A stretch of DNA of 64,000 nt from an uncultured Nitrospinota bacterium (lineage in GTDB: Bacteria > Tectomicrobia > Entotheonellia > J063 > CAVPRW01). How positions within the stretch are numbered: position 1 is the first letter of the stretch; each line of letters opens with the position of its first letter. Positions 1 through 10,277 of the stretch are shown piece by piece. The stretch is taken from positions 71,953 through 135,952 of the forward strand of contig CAVPRW010000016.1 of the NCBI GenBank assembly GCA_963707985.1, written 5' to 3'. The notes beneath the pieces are model-generated. The model worked only from the letters and a program-made list of their open reading frames with translations, had not been told where the DNA came from and did no database searches. Both the position numbers and the translations under genes were made by a program.

Positions 1-1104
1 GCCGGACTGGTCATCTTTGGCAAGACCAACACCTGTGAATTGGGTCTGAGCCTCACCTGCGAGCCGCAATTCCACGGGGCTACCCGCAACCCCTGGGACC
101 TGACGCGCATCTCCGGTGGCTCAAGCGGCGGGGCGGCCGCCGCGGTCGGGGCGCGGATGCTGCCGGCGGCCCATGGCTCCGACGGCTTTGGCTCGATTCG
201 GGCACCTGCCGCCTGCTGTGGGCTGGTAGGCCTCAAACCAACACGCGGACGCAACACCATGGCACCCTACCTCGGCGAGGGCCTGGGAGGACTGTCGACG
301 GAGCATGCTCTCACTCTGTCCGTGCGCGATAGCGCCGCACTGCTGGACGCGACCGCAGGCCTTGGCGCTGGCGATCCGTACACTGTCCCCCCACCCGCTC
401 GACCGTTCCTGCAGGAATGTGGCGCCCATCCCGGCCGCTTGCGCATCGCCTTTACCACCGTGACGCCCAATGATGCGCCCGTGGCGCCGGAGTATCTCCA
501 GGCCCTGCAAGACACCGCCCAACTGTGCGCCACGCTCGGCCACCAGGTCGAGGAGGCCGACCCGGCCATCGACCGCGCCGCCGTGATCCCTACCTTTCTG
601 TCCCTGATGGCTGCCAACACCCTGGTCAATCTCTCCAGTCATCCTACGGCTGGACGCCCCGCACGCGAAGATGAAGTGGAGAAGGTGACTTGGGCTTCGG
701 CGCATGTCATGGGGGCAAAACTCAGCGCTGCCGATTATGTGCGCGGGACACAAACCGCGCATAAGCTCGGCCGGCAGATGGCAGCCTTCCACACGCAATA
801 CGACGTGCTGCTCACCCCGGCGCTGGCGATGCTACCGCCGAAGCTTGGCTGGATCGACATGATGCTGGACGATGTGCAGGAATACTGGCGCCGCGTGTTC
901 ACCTTCTCGCCATTTACGGTGTGGTTCAACATCACCGGACAGCCAGCCATCGTCTTGCCGCTGGGGCAGACTGCCGATGGCCTGCCGCTGTCGGTGCAGC
1001 TCGTGGCCCGCTACGGCGATGAAGCAACATTGTTTCGACTGGCGTCACAGCTCGAGGCCGTCAGACCGTGGTTTGATCGAAAGCCCACGTTGGCTGGAAG
1101 TTAG
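1..1104 (+). CDS. amidase-signature family enzyme, 5' end outside window
   Basis: Frame open from base 1 ([15 protein letters not shown]); GGSSGG and [12 protein letters not shown]...[11 protein letters not shown] signature. Confidence 0.92.
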   Translation, partial: AGLVIFGKTNTCELGLSLTCEPQFHGATRNPWDLTRISGGSSGGAAAAVGARMLPAAHGSDGFGSIRAPAACCGLVGLKPTRGRNTMAPYLGEGLGGLSTEHALTLSVRDSAALLDATAGLGAGDPYTVPPPARPFLQECGAHPGRLRIAFTTVTPNDAPVAPEYLQALQDTAQLCATLGHQVEEADPAIDRAAVIPTFLSLMAANTLVNLSSHPTAGRPAREDEVEKVTWASAHVMGAKLSAADYVRGTQTAHKLGRQMAAFHTQYDVLLTPALAMLPPKLGWIDMMLDDVQEYWRRVFTFSPFTVWFNITGQPAIVLPLGQTADGLPLSVQLVARYGDEATLFRLASQLEAVRPWFDRKPTLAGS

Positions 1105-1118
1105 GGACAGTTTTTCGT

Positions 1119-1141
1119 TCCCTCTCCCAGCGCGAGAGGGA
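1119..1141. terminator. REP-like/terminator hairpin between convergent genes
   Basis: TCCCTCTC-n7-GAGAGGGA perfect 8-bp stem; related hairpin at 4060-4080. Confidence 0.5.
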
Positions 1142-1162
1142 GATCAACTCGTGATGCGGAGC

Positions 1163-1387
1163 CTATGGAAACAACCGCTCCCCGGTCTCCGCATCCTCCA
1201 CGATGATGGCACTGACGGGGCAGTTTTCCGCCGCATCCAGAATCTTCTCGACGGTATCCCCCTCGGGGTTCACCGCTTCCGATTGCCGCTGCTCATTGAG
1301 CACAAAGACCTTTGGGGCAATCGTCTCACACATGGTATTGCCGACACACACATTGTGATCAACCGTGACTCGGACCTTTCGCGCCAT
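1163..1387 (-). CDS. ferredoxin (mono-cluster, P450-associated type)
   Basis: CVGNTMC...CP motif, 74 aa, directly downstream of the P450. Confidence 0.92.
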   Translation of the reverse strand: MARKVRVTVDHNVCVGNTMCETIAPKVFVLNEQRQSEAVNPEGDTVEKILDAAENCPVSAIIVEDAETGERLFP

Positions 1388-1395
1388 AACGCCCC

Positions 1396-2616
1396 CTAAT
1401 TCCAGGTCACTGGCAGGGATTTGAGCGAACGGAAGGTGATACTGGGCTGATATTCCAACTCTTCCGTTCCCAGCTGTAGATTGGGAAAGCGCTCAGCTAG
1501 CGCTTTGAAGGCTTCCTGACCTTCCAGACGAGCTAGCGACGCCCCAAGGCAGTGATGGATCCCCGAGCCAAAGGCCACATGTGGGTTCGGTTGGCGGGTG
1601 CCGTCAAATGTCTCAGGCGCAGCAAACGCCTTCGAATCACGGTTGGCAGAGGAAATGAACCACCGAATGCGATCGTCTTTGCGCAGCAGCTTGCCATGTA
1701 GATCGACATCCTGGGAGGCGATGCGTTGGATGGACTTGACCGGCGCATCATAGCGCAGGCACTCTTCTGTCGCTCGTACCGTCCTGCCAGCCGGGTCTTG
1801 TTTCAGCCATTCCCATTGCTCCGGATGGCGGATGAAGGCCAGGGTACCATTACACAAGAGGTTGATCGTGGTCTCGTGGCCCGCCAGAAGCAGCAAGGAG
1901 GTGTTCACCAGTACCTGGTGTCGCGTGAAGACCCCGGCTTTTTCCCCCTGAGCCAACACCGATATGAAATCATCGCCAGGGTTGACGATGCGCTCATCAA
2001 CCAGCGGCGAGACATAGTCGATCATGCCTTTCATACCCTCGGTCAACGGCTGCATGCGGTCACGTTCCCCACGACCGATGTTCAGGAGCTTTTCCGCGAG
2101 GTGTCGGATGTAGGGCCGATCCTGGCGAGGAACACCCATCATCTGCGCGATCACCAGCACCGGCAGGGGGGTGGCAAAGTCGTGCATGACGTCCATGCGC
2201 CCCTTGGCCTCCGCCTCGTCGAGGAGATCGTGAATGGCCGACTGCACAAAGGGGCGCCAGGCCTCTGTGGATTTCGGGGTGAAATATCCGTGCACCACCT
2301 TACGCATCTCGAGGTGCTCGGGGCGGTCGTGTTGGATGAATTGATCGGCCTGATACTGCCGGACGTACTCATAGAGCCCCAGGTCCGACTCGTCGATGTC
2401 TGGGTACGCTGGCCTCGGGTCGTTCTTGAATACGGCGGACGAGAACAGTTCATGGTGTCGGGTGAGCCAGACGACGTCATCGTAACTGGTGACCACCCAC
2501 AGGGCATACTTCTCGTTCCAGTGAACCGGATCCTCCTCTCGCAGTTGGCCGTAGTATGTATAGGGATCGGCGATGACGTCGGGAGTGAACATATCATCGT
2601 TAATGTTGGTTCCCAT
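1396..2616 (-). CDS. cytochrome P450
   Basis: AGHETT I-helix, EECLR ExxR, FGSGIHHCLG heme ligand; start moved to ATG 2616 after a G-rich RBS. Confidence 0.96.
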   Translation of the reverse strand: MGTNINDDMFTPDVIADPYTYYGQLREEDPVHWNEKYALWVVTSYDDVVWLTRHHELFSSAVFKNDPRPAYPDIDESDLGLYEYVRQYQADQFIQHDRPEHLEMRKVVHGYFTPKSTEAWRPFVQSAIHDLLDEAEAKGRMDVMHDFATPLPVLVIAQMMGVPRQDRPYIRHLAEKLLNIGRGERDRMQPLTEGMKGMIDYVSPLVDERIVNPGDDFISVLAQGEKAGVFTRHQVLVNTSLLLLAGHETTINLLCNGTLAFIRHPEQWEWLKQDPAGRTVRATEECLRYDAPVKSIQRIASQDVDLHGKLLRKDDRIRWFISSANRDSKAFAAPETFDGTRQPNPHVAFGSGIHHCLGASLARLEGQEAFKALAERFPNLQLGTEELEYQPSITFRSLKSLPVTWN

Positions 2617-2754
2617 ACCCCCTCCCCAGAGCAAACACCCGCACGCGAAGGCAGCCTTGCCTCTCAATGTGCCCGATTGTATCAACTATGATCAAGGTGG
2701 TCAAACGTCCATGATCAGATGCCAGCATTAGCCGCCTACGTCCTGGACTTTCAT

Positions 2755-3960
2755 CTACATCACCCCCGCGGCTCGAAGCACGACAAGTTCCTCGGCGGAG
2801 AACCCCAGCTCCCCACCATAGATCACCGCATTATGCTCCCCTAGACGCGGGGCGGTGCGCCCTCCTGCTACCGGGTTGATACCGTCGATGAGGAATCCGG
2901 CACCGGGATATTGCAGCGTTCCTACCTCAGGATGCTCCAAGACAGCGAAACTGCCACGCGCCGCCAAATGCGGACAGCTCACCACCTCCTCAGGGCTCTG
3001 CACCACCCCCACGACCAGACGCCGGTCCATGGCTTCCTTCATGAAATCGCGGGCCTTCCATTGGGATAACTTCCCCTCGACGAGGGCCAGCAGATCCTGC
3101 CAATGTTGTGTTCTCCCCTGCCGGCTCTCGAACTTGGGGTCGCGCAGGCGCGGCTCATCAAGAAAGACCGCCCAGGTTTCCATGGGGTTCCCGCCGGTGC
3201 CGGCCGTGGTCAGCGTCACCGGGCTGTCGCTGGTCGCCAGATGCATACCGTCCAGGACGGCACTCTCCCCCATGCCGCGGCCGCCGATGGCCCCCGTGAA
3301 GCTGAACTGGTGGATGAAATTCGGGGGCGTACTGATCACGGCCTCCATCATCGCCACATCGATATGCTGGCCTTTGCCGCTCTCCCTCTGCTGGAAGAGC
3401 GCGGCCATGGTAGCAATGACGGCGTTGCGGGCGGTGACAATAGCCGTCTGCTCCAAGGCTGTTCCCATCGGTGGCCGGTCGGTCTGGCCAGTCATATACA
3501 GGAATCCGCCCATAGCCTGGGTGATCAGGTCGTTGCCCTGATAGTGTCGGTAGGGACCCGTCTGCCCAAATGGGGTAATCGAGGTCACGATCAAGCCAGG
3601 GTTCGTCTGTCGGAGCGTCTCATAGTCCAAACCCAGATCAGCAAGATAGCCCGGCGCGAAGCTCTCGATCATGATGTCCCGGTCGGCGATCAGACGCAAC
3701 AACACCGCCCGCCCGGTGGGCGTCGTGATATCCAAGGTGATGCTGCGTTTATTGGTATTGAAGGCCAGGAACAGCGCGCTGCGGTCGGGGTGCAGTTCCC
3801 CTTCGATAAAGGGAGGTTCGTGACGCGACGGGTCGCCACATCCGGGGCGTTCAACCTTCAGCGTGTCGGCGCCCTGGTCCGCCAGCAGCTTGGCGCAGAA
3901 GGCCCCGGATAGGCCGTTGGTGAGTTCCAGTACACGGACGTCGTCCAGTAAATCCAGCAT
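2755..3960 (-). CDS. family III CoA-transferase (CaiB/BaiF), probably non-catalytic subunit
   Basis: VRVLELT...LLADQGADTLKVE, NTNKRSITLD, SITPFGQTGPY, APRLGEHN. Confidence 0.9.
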   Translation of the reverse strand: MLDLLDDVRVLELTNGLSGAFCAKLLADQGADTLKVERPGCGDPSRHEPPFIEGELHPDRSALFLAFNTNKRSITLDITTPTGRAVLLRLIADRDIMIESFAPGYLADLGLDYETLRQTNPGLIVTSITPFGQTGPYRHYQGNDLITQAMGGFLYMTGQTDRPPMGTALEQTAIVTARNAVIATMAALFQQRESGKGQHIDVAMMEAVISTPPNFIHQFSFTGAIGGRGMGESAVLDGMHLATSDSPVTLTTAGTGGNPMETWAVFLDEPRLRDPKFESRQGRTQHWQDLLALVEGKLSQWKARDFMKEAMDRRLVVGVVQSPEEVVSCPHLAARGSFAVLEHPEVGTLQYPGAGFLIDGINPVAGGRTAPRLGEHNAVIYGGELGFSAEELVVLRAAGVM

Positions 3961-4059
3961 GATTCGCTCACCTCCACTCGTTCTCGCTCGCCTCATGGTA
4001 GAGGGCCGGCGTGAGGGAATCCCAACCATTGAGCCGTGTCATACCACCCTCAGCCTAAC

Positions 4060-4080
4060 TCCCTCCCGAAGGGAGAGGGA
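4060..4080. repeat. REP-like palindrome
   Basis: TCCCTCCC-GAA-GGGAGAGGGA, same core as 1119-1141. Confidence 0.4.
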
Positions 4081-4112
4081 ACATCGTCCAGATGTCTAAA
4101 TCTGGCGCCAAT

Positions 4113-5483
4113 CTAATCATCGCTCCCCGGTGCGGCAGCCAGCGGACCGATGTAATCGCGCACAAGTACGTGATAATCTGGATCGAACCACCTCCCGCGC
4201 TCGCGGGCGGTTGACCGGGAAGGGGTCGCCGCCGGCATGGAGACATCCGGCGGACGGTTGGCGATGACGCCGGCGGCGAGCAACTGCTGCATCTCATCCT
4301 CCGAGAGGCCAGCGACCTCACGCAAGATCTGCACATTGTGCTGCCCCAGAGCCGAAACCAGTGTCAGGGCTTCCGGGATGTTTGGGATGCGGAAAGGCCG
4401 CCCGGCATAGACCCTCGGACCGACGCGAGGCGCGTTCGTGTTGGTGAACACCTCGAAGTACCCACGCTCGCGGAGATGCGCGTTGGCCACCAGATCACGA
4501 GCCGTGAGAACGGCCCCAGCAGGTACCCCATGGGCCTGCAGCAGATGGGTCAGGGCTTCATTGTCGTGCGTTGCGGTCCACTGCCCGATTTGTTCGTCAA
4601 GTTCGCCGCGGTGCTGCCAACGACCTGGTACCGTATCAAAGCGCCGCTCCATCGCCCACGAGGGCTCGCCCATCACCGCTCGGAGCCGTTGCCACTCGTC
4701 ATCGGTGGATACGGTGATGGCAATCCAGCGGTCGTCGCCCTGGCAAGGATAGACGTTGTGCGGCGCCTTCCACGCGTGCGTCGTGCCGAGGCGTGGGCGG
4801 GTGATACCGCGTTGGACCTCCAGAATAGCTGGCGCGATACAGGAAACCCCGGTCTCATACATGCTGAGATCGATGCGTGCACCTTTGCCCGTTTTGCGGC
4901 GACGGTACAACGCTAGTAAGAGGGCGTAGGCGACATTGAGCCCGCCGGTATGATCCATATAGTTGCTGCTGGCGCGGATAGCCTCGCCCCCTGCATAGCC
5001 CGTCAAAAACGACAGACCACAGACGGCATCCACCGTGCGTGCTCGCGCCCCGTAGGCTCGCCACGGGCCGGTGTGGCCGTAGGCCGTGCAGCTTAGCGTG
5101 ATGATGTCCGGTTTTATGCTGGCTAAACTGTCGTGGTCAAGACCAAGGCGCAGCATGGTACCGGGGCGAAAATTGTCGGTGACGATATCGCTGCGCGCCA
5201 CCAGCTTCAGGAACACTTCCTTGCCGCGGGGTTCGGTGACATCCAGGCAGAGGCTCTCCTTGTTCCGGCCCCAATAGGCGAAGGTGCCCCCCTCGTTCCA
5301 CCATTCTTCGCCGGGTTCTCCGTCGGGAAAAGGGCCTGACCGCCGGTCGTTCATGTGGTCAGGACTTTCTACCCGGATGACCTGGGCGCCGAAATCGGCC
5401 AGGAAGGCAGTACCCCAGGGAAGCACATGGACTTGTTCAAGGGAGAGTACTCGGACACCCGAGAGGACAGCTTGTTCTACCAT
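4113..5483 (-). CDS. family III CoA-transferase (CaiB/BaiF)
   Basis: LADFGAQVIRVE, RNKESLCLD, NFRPG, YGHTGPW; Asp in NYMDH at the expected catalytic position; GGAGG RBS before ATG 5483. Confidence 0.92.
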   Translation of the reverse strand: MVEQAVLSGVRVLSLEQVHVLPWGTAFLADFGAQVIRVESPDHMNDRRSGPFPDGEPGEEWWNEGGTFAYWGRNKESLCLDVTEPRGKEVFLKLVARSDIVTDNFRPGTMLRLGLDHDSLASIKPDIITLSCTAYGHTGPWRAYGARARTVDAVCGLSFLTGYAGGEAIRASSNYMDHTGGLNVAYALLLALYRRRKTGKGARIDLSMYETGVSCIAPAILEVQRGITRPRLGTTHAWKAPHNVYPCQGDDRWIAITVSTDDEWQRLRAVMGEPSWAMERRFDTVPGRWQHRGELDEQIGQWTATHDNEALTHLLQAHGVPAGAVLTARDLVANAHLRERGYFEVFTNTNAPRVGPRVYAGRPFRIPNIPEALTLVSALGQHNVQILREVAGLSEDEMQQLLAAGVIANRPPDVSMPAATPSRSTARERGRWFDPDYHVLVRDYIGPLAAAPGSDD

Positions 5484-5851
5484 AGAGAAGTCCTCCATGA
5501 CCGATGGGAGTGTTGGCCGTGTCGCCAACCAGAGGTGAGCCGCGCGATGCTGGGGTCAGCCTACTGGAGAACGCTCTTGCCTGTCAAGCCTACAGGTGGG
5601 GAGAAGCGTGTTTCTTTTGCTCACCGAGCCTCCTGAGACCCTTCAAGCGATCTCCCACCCCCCACCACGGGCGCACATCGACATGGAAGACAGCCGAACT
5701 CCGCCGTGCCGCTGACCAAGGCACCATGGCAAGAGCCGTTGAGGGCGATAGGCAGACCAGCACCATGCGGGCGAAGGGAGGTAGTGTATAATCAGGCGCA
5801 CCAGTTGCCTCTTCGGCATAGACATGCGCGTTTCAGTGAGAGGAGGGTCAC

Positions 5852-6709
5852 ATGAGCGTCACGATACGTCCGGGTACGTCTGCAGATGCTCCAGCATGCG
5901 GGGTGATCTGCTATGCGGCGTTCAAGACCATCGCTGAGCAGCATCGCTTTCCGCCTGCCTTTCCCAATCCCGAGGTCGCAACCCGGCTTTTGTCAGGGCT
6001 GCTGTCGCATCCAGGTTTTTATGCTATGGTCGCCGAGCTTGAGGGGCGCATCGTGGGCAGTAATTTTATCGACGAACGCTCGACCGTTGCCGGCATTGGT
6101 CCGATCACCGTCGATCTCGCCGTGCAGAATCGGGCCATTGGGCGTCTACTGATGCAACATGCCCTGGAACGGGTCGCCCACCAGCGCTTCCCTGGGGTCC
6201 GCTTGGTACAGGCGGCCTATCACGCCCGGTCCCTGGCCCTCTATGCCAAGCTCGGGTTCACGATCCAGGAGCCCTTGGCGACGCTGCAAGGTCCGCCGGT
6301 TGCTGTGCAAATTCCAGGCTATGTTGTGCGCCCAGCCACCGAGATGGATCTCGCCGCCAGCAATCACGTCTGTCAACGCGTCCATGGGCATGATCGTGCT
6401 GGAGAGCTCCGTGAGGCAATCCAGCAGGGTAGCGCCCGCGTCGTTGAACACGCCGAGCGCATCACCGGATATACCACGGCAATTGCCTTCTTCGGCCACG
6501 CGGTCGGTGAGACGAACGAAGATTTGAAAGCTCTTATCGGAGCGGCAGCAGCATTCCCGGACCCTGGCTTTCTCCTGCCTATTCGCAATGCTGAGTTATT
6601 CCGCTGGTGTCTAGAGCATGGACTACGGGTGGTCCAAACCAACACATTGATGAGCTATGGCCTTTACAACGCACCCATGGGGGCGTTTCTCCCTTCGATT
6701 CTGTATTGA
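5852..6709 (+). CDS. GNAT family N-acetyltransferase
   Basis: VQNRAIGRLLM acetyl-CoA motif A, LYAKLGF; GGAGG RBS. Confidence 0.88.
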   Translation: MSVTIRPGTSADAPACGVICYAAFKTIAEQHRFPPAFPNPEVATRLLSGLLSHPGFYAMVAELEGRIVGSNFIDERSTVAGIGPITVDLAVQNRAIGRLLMQHALERVAHQRFPGVRLVQAAYHARSLALYAKLGFTIQEPLATLQGPPVAVQIPGYVVRPATEMDLAASNHVCQRVHGHDRAGELREAIQQGSARVVEHAERITGYTTAIAFFGHAVGETNEDLKALIGAAAAFPDPGFLLPIRNAELFRWCLEHGLRVVQTNTLMSYGLYNAPMGAFLPSILY

Positions 6710-6851
6710 TTCGCCTGGCACTTATGTGAGGGTCGACTAGAGAGGTGGGGGGTGGGGGAAGCGCTACAGTCTGAACAGGGTGCACGGCACTTCCGCTCGC
6801 TGGCGGAGGTGAGCGCCAAAATGGTTGCGTGAGGAACTTCTGCGTGCATGC

Positions 6852-6908
6852 CACTTGATAATACGTGAAGTACACTTGATAATATTTGATAATAAATTAT
6901 ATATTATG
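6852..6908. promoter_or_regulatory. AT-rich putative operator with three TTGATAATA repeats
   Basis: TTGATAATA at 6855, 6876 and 6886 in a GC-rich background, ~100 bp upstream of the molybdoenzyme. Confidence 0.4.
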
Positions 6909-7007
6909 ATCTATTCCTGGACGAACTAGGGACGCGCGACCAGAAAAGGCTGGATCCAATCCGTGCGACGGACAGCCCATCAACCATAGAGGGAGGAGCG
7001 AGAGCAT

Positions 7008-8264
7008 ATGTCCTGGCTACGCGATAGCGACCTGCAAAACGAGGCGCAGTATCACGCGGTGCGCGCGGATGAGTTGATCTGGCAGCGATCCAGAGCGCTC
7101 GGCATCTCACGCCGCCGCATGCTGCAGTGGCTCGCGGCGGGGGGGGCCTCGGTACTGGTTGGAGGCGCATGGCCCAGGCAGGTCCAGGCAGCGGAAGCTG
7201 CTTCCGCCCAGGAGTTGGTGGTCAAGCCCACCCCTCCTGAACTGTTCTTCGATTACGGCAGTAATAAAGAGATGCGCTGGCAGAGTATGTCCGGGCGCGG
7301 CTATGTGGTCCCGAACGAGCTCTTCTTTGTGCGCAATCACACCCGTACGCCCCGCATCGATCTTTCTACCTGGCACCTCAAGGTCGAGGGCTCGGGTGTT
7401 CGACACCCCTTGGAGCTGAGCTACGATGCGCTGCGGTCGATGCCATCGGTGTCAGTGATTCGGACGATCGAGTGTGCCGGCAATGGACGGAGTTTCTTTG
7501 AGAAGGCCTATGGCAAGAAGGCCCAAGGGACACAGTGGAAGTTAGGTGCCGTCGGTGTCGCCGAGTGGACCGGGGTACGTTTGCGCGATGTGCTGGAGCG
7601 GGCTGGGCTGAAGCGCACGGCCAAGGATGTGATGCCAGAGGGTCTCGATGACCTCAAGGTGCGCCGCCCGATGTCCGTTGCAAAGGCCATGGCTGCGGAC
7701 ACCATTTTGGCGTACGGCATGAACGGCGAGCCCCTCCCCCCTGATCATGGCTCCCCGGTGCGGGTTCTCGTCCCTGGCTGGATCGGGGTAGCCAACATCA
7801 AGTGGGTGGGGCATATCGAGGTCTCCGAGGAAGCCCTCTTTTCCCCTTGGAATACGGATACCTATATTTTGCTAGGTTCCGACTATCCGACATCCCCTCC
7901 TGCCAAGGGACCCGTACTGTCGCTACAAAATCTGAAAAGCGCCTTGGAACTGGATATGGGAGCCCAAATCCAAGCCGGTCGGCATCGCCTGACCGGACGC
8001 TCCTGGTCGCCGTATGGCAAGATCACCAGGGTTGAGTATAGCTTCGATCACGGGCTGAGCTGGCAGCGAGCTAGACTGCAGGAGCCCCATATCCTGCAGG
8101 CATGGGCACAATGGGACTTCGACTGGGACGCCAGGCCAGGCCAGTACGTGATCCAGGTGAAAGCGGCAGATGAGTCCAGTCACACCCAACCGGAACGTGT
8201 GCCCTGGAATGAACAGGGCTATCTCTATAATGCCATCGTGGATCACCCTGTTATGGTGACGTGA
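7008..8264 (+). CDS. sulfite oxidase family molybdoenzyme, Tat-exported
   Basis: SRRRMLQ twin-arginine signal, FFVRNH, IECAGNGR Mo-ligand Cys, DHGSPVRVLVPGWIG...KWV. Confidence 0.93.
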   Translation: MSWLRDSDLQNEAQYHAVRADELIWQRSRALGISRRRMLQWLAAGGASVLVGGAWPRQVQAAEAASAQELVVKPTPPELFFDYGSNKEMRWQSMSGRGYVVPNELFFVRNHTRTPRIDLSTWHLKVEGSGVRHPLELSYDALRSMPSVSVIRTIECAGNGRSFFEKAYGKKAQGTQWKLGAVGVAEWTGVRLRDVLERAGLKRTAKDVMPEGLDDLKVRRPMSVAKAMAADTILAYGMNGEPLPPDHGSPVRVLVPGWIGVANIKWVGHIEVSEEALFSPWNTDTYILLGSDYPTSPPAKGPVLSLQNLKSALELDMGAQIQAGRHRLTGRSWSPYGKITRVEYSFDHGLSWQRARLQEPHILQAWAQWDFDWDARPGQYVIQVKAADESSHTQPERVPWNEQGYLYNAIVDHPVMVT

Positions 8265-8410
8265 GGATATGCGTCGCATCTGCGTGGGTTGCCGTATACG
8301 GGGCGCCATTGGCGTTTGCCTGCCCGACGTGTGGGTTGGTGCATAAGCCCAGGGAAAAGTTTTGCGGCGGCTGCGGCATCATTCTCACAGGATCAGCTCC
8401 GGCCCCCGAC
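8261..8410 (+). pseudogene. double zinc-ribbon N-terminal remnant
   Basis: GAPLAFACPTCG...EKFCGGCG; no downstream body. Confidence 0.4.
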
Positions 8411-8898
8411 TCGCCCCTTCCGCCACGGGCCAGACTGGTCTGTGGCTTGCCCACGAGTCGGTGCGCTATGTGGAACTCGACCTACCCCTTCGGCTCAAAG
8501 AGGCCGTTCTCATGAAACCTGCTGCGTGGGCAGAAGCGACCTTCGGCGGCTTGGAGCGGGAGGTAGAGTCAGAAGCTGCATACGTCCTCCATGGCGCTTG
8601 GCTTCGTTCTGTGGTCTAGGAGATGAGACGCAGGTCGATAGGCCTATCTTTGAGGTATTGTAGGCATATGGTGTGAGAAGACCTTCGCCAGTGTATAGTG
8701 AGGTTGTTGCGCGGGTCGTGTACCTCTAGGCTTCGGCTACATGAAATGGACCTGCTCGAAGCCGCTCATGGCTCGTGAACCAGACGGTCAAGGGCTCCTG
8801 AATCGGGAGCCTAAGGCTTGTGTGGACTTTCTTTGTCTCCCTGTGGGCATCCCCCCAGCCCACATGTCTTGTGAAGCCCTCACGGGGAGGGACCTTGT

Positions 8899-9237
8899 AT
8901 GCCTATCGAGCCTGATGCCCTGGTATATTCGACCGAGCAGGGCGACCTGCGCAAACGGCAGCCATCTGCCCCGCAGGGTCGTGCCCATCCTCCGACACAG
9001 CACACCGCCGTCATCCAGCGGACATCTAAAGGGCGTGGCGGCAAGGTGGTGACGCTGATCAAAAACCTCAACTTGTCCCCGGATGACTGTAAAGCTCTGA
9101 CACGGCACCTCAAGCAGACGTGCGGGAGTGGGGGGACGATGAAAGACGGCGTCATCGAAATCCAGGGGGATCACCGGGAAACCATCGCGGTGGCGCTGCA
9201 ACAGCTGGGGTACAAGACGAAATTCGCCGGCGGATGA
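8899..9237 (+). CDS. yciH: SUI1/eIF1-like translation initiation factor
   Basis: LVYSTE, KGRGGKVVTLI, LKQTCGSGGTMKDGVIEIQGDHR. Confidence 0.92.
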   Translation: MPIEPDALVYSTEQGDLRKRQPSAPQGRAHPPTQHTAVIQRTSKGRGGKVVTLIKNLNLSPDDCKALTRHLKQTCGSGGTMKDGVIEIQGDHRETIAVALQQLGYKTKFAGG

Positions 9238-9313
9238 GGCAGGCGTGAAGTCTGTTGGATTCCGACTCAGCGACGACTGGGGCAACATCGACAAGGCAGG
9301 AGCAAGCAGAGCT

Positions 9314-10261
9314 ATGGCATTGACACTCGTGGAAAACTTCCGTGCGGTCTTTTACACGCCTTTCTATGCGGCGTTCGCGCTCAACGCCTATGAGGCGGAG
9401 GGCGTGGAGGTAAAGCGGGTCATGTCAACGACTGCCGCCGAGACGAATCAGGCGCTGCGCAGCGGGCGGGCGGACGTCGCCTGGGGAGGGCCCATCCGGC
9501 TCCTGCTGGACAACAACCAGCAGTCGGACAGCGATCTGGTGATCTTCTGCGAGGTCGTCCGACGCGACCCGTTCTTCCTGGTCGGCCGCGAGCCCAATCC
9601 CACCTGGCAGCTCACAGACCTCTTGCACGTGCGGCTGGCCACCGTGAGCGAGGTGCCCACGCCGTGGCTATGCCTGCAGCATGATGTGCGCCTGGCTGGG
9701 CTCGATCCGGTCCACGTCCGGCGCATGCCAGAGCGGTCTATGCCGGACAACCTCGCGGCCTTAGGCGCGGGAGAGATCGACGTGATGCAGGCCTTTCAAC
9801 CGTTTGTGGAGCAGGCTGTGGAGACAGGCGTGGGCCATCTCTGGTATGCCGCTGCTGCCCGCGGGCTCACGGCGTATACCTCGTTGTATACGACACGACA
9901 ATGCATCGCCCGTGATCCGGAGGGTCTGCTGCGCATGACGCGCGCCATGTATCGCACCCAACAGTGGATCGCCACGCACAGCGCCGCCGAGCTCGCGGCC
10001 TGTGTCGCAGCCTTCTTCCCGGACCTTCCGCGGCCGACGCTGACGGCGGCCCTCGAGCGCTATCAAACACTCCGTGTGTGGAACCGTACGCCCATGCTAC
10101 AGCCAGCAGGGTTGGCGTGGCTCGACGCGGCGTGTCGGTCAGGGAGCTACATCCAGCACAGTGTTCCCTACGAGCGGTGCGTGGATATGCGCTTCGCCGC
10201 CCAGGTCATTGCGGACGCGCCGCCCGCGTGTGACGATGACACCGGGACCGAGCCCCTCTAA
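9314..10261 (+). CDS. ABC transporter substrate-binding protein (NMT1/THI5/SsuA-like)
   Basis: FRAVFYTPFYAA, ADVAWGGP, RDPFFLVGR. Confidence 0.8.
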   Translation: MALTLVENFRAVFYTPFYAAFALNAYEAEGVEVKRVMSTTAAETNQALRSGRADVAWGGPIRLLLDNNQQSDSDLVIFCEVVRRDPFFLVGREPNPTWQLTDLLHVRLATVSEVPTPWLCLQHDVRLAGLDPVHVRRMPERSMPDNLAALGAGEIDVMQAFQPFVEQAVETGVGHLWYAAAARGLTAYTSLYTTRQCIARDPEGLLRMTRAMYRTQQWIATHSAAELAACVAAFFPDLPRPTLTAALERYQTLRVWNRTPMLQPAGLAWLDAACRSGSYIQHSVPYERCVDMRFAAQVIADAPPACDDDTGTEPL

Positions 10262-10277
10262 CACGGGAGCCTATCAG

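Noticed and set aside
8512..8555. MKPAAWAEATFGG resembling an IS4/Tn5 transposase start
   Set aside because: Only ~13 codons and no terminal repeat found.
8729..8812. Two hairpins upstream of yciH as a riboswitch/ncRNA
   Set aside because: Short GC stems are expected by chance; no known motif recognised.
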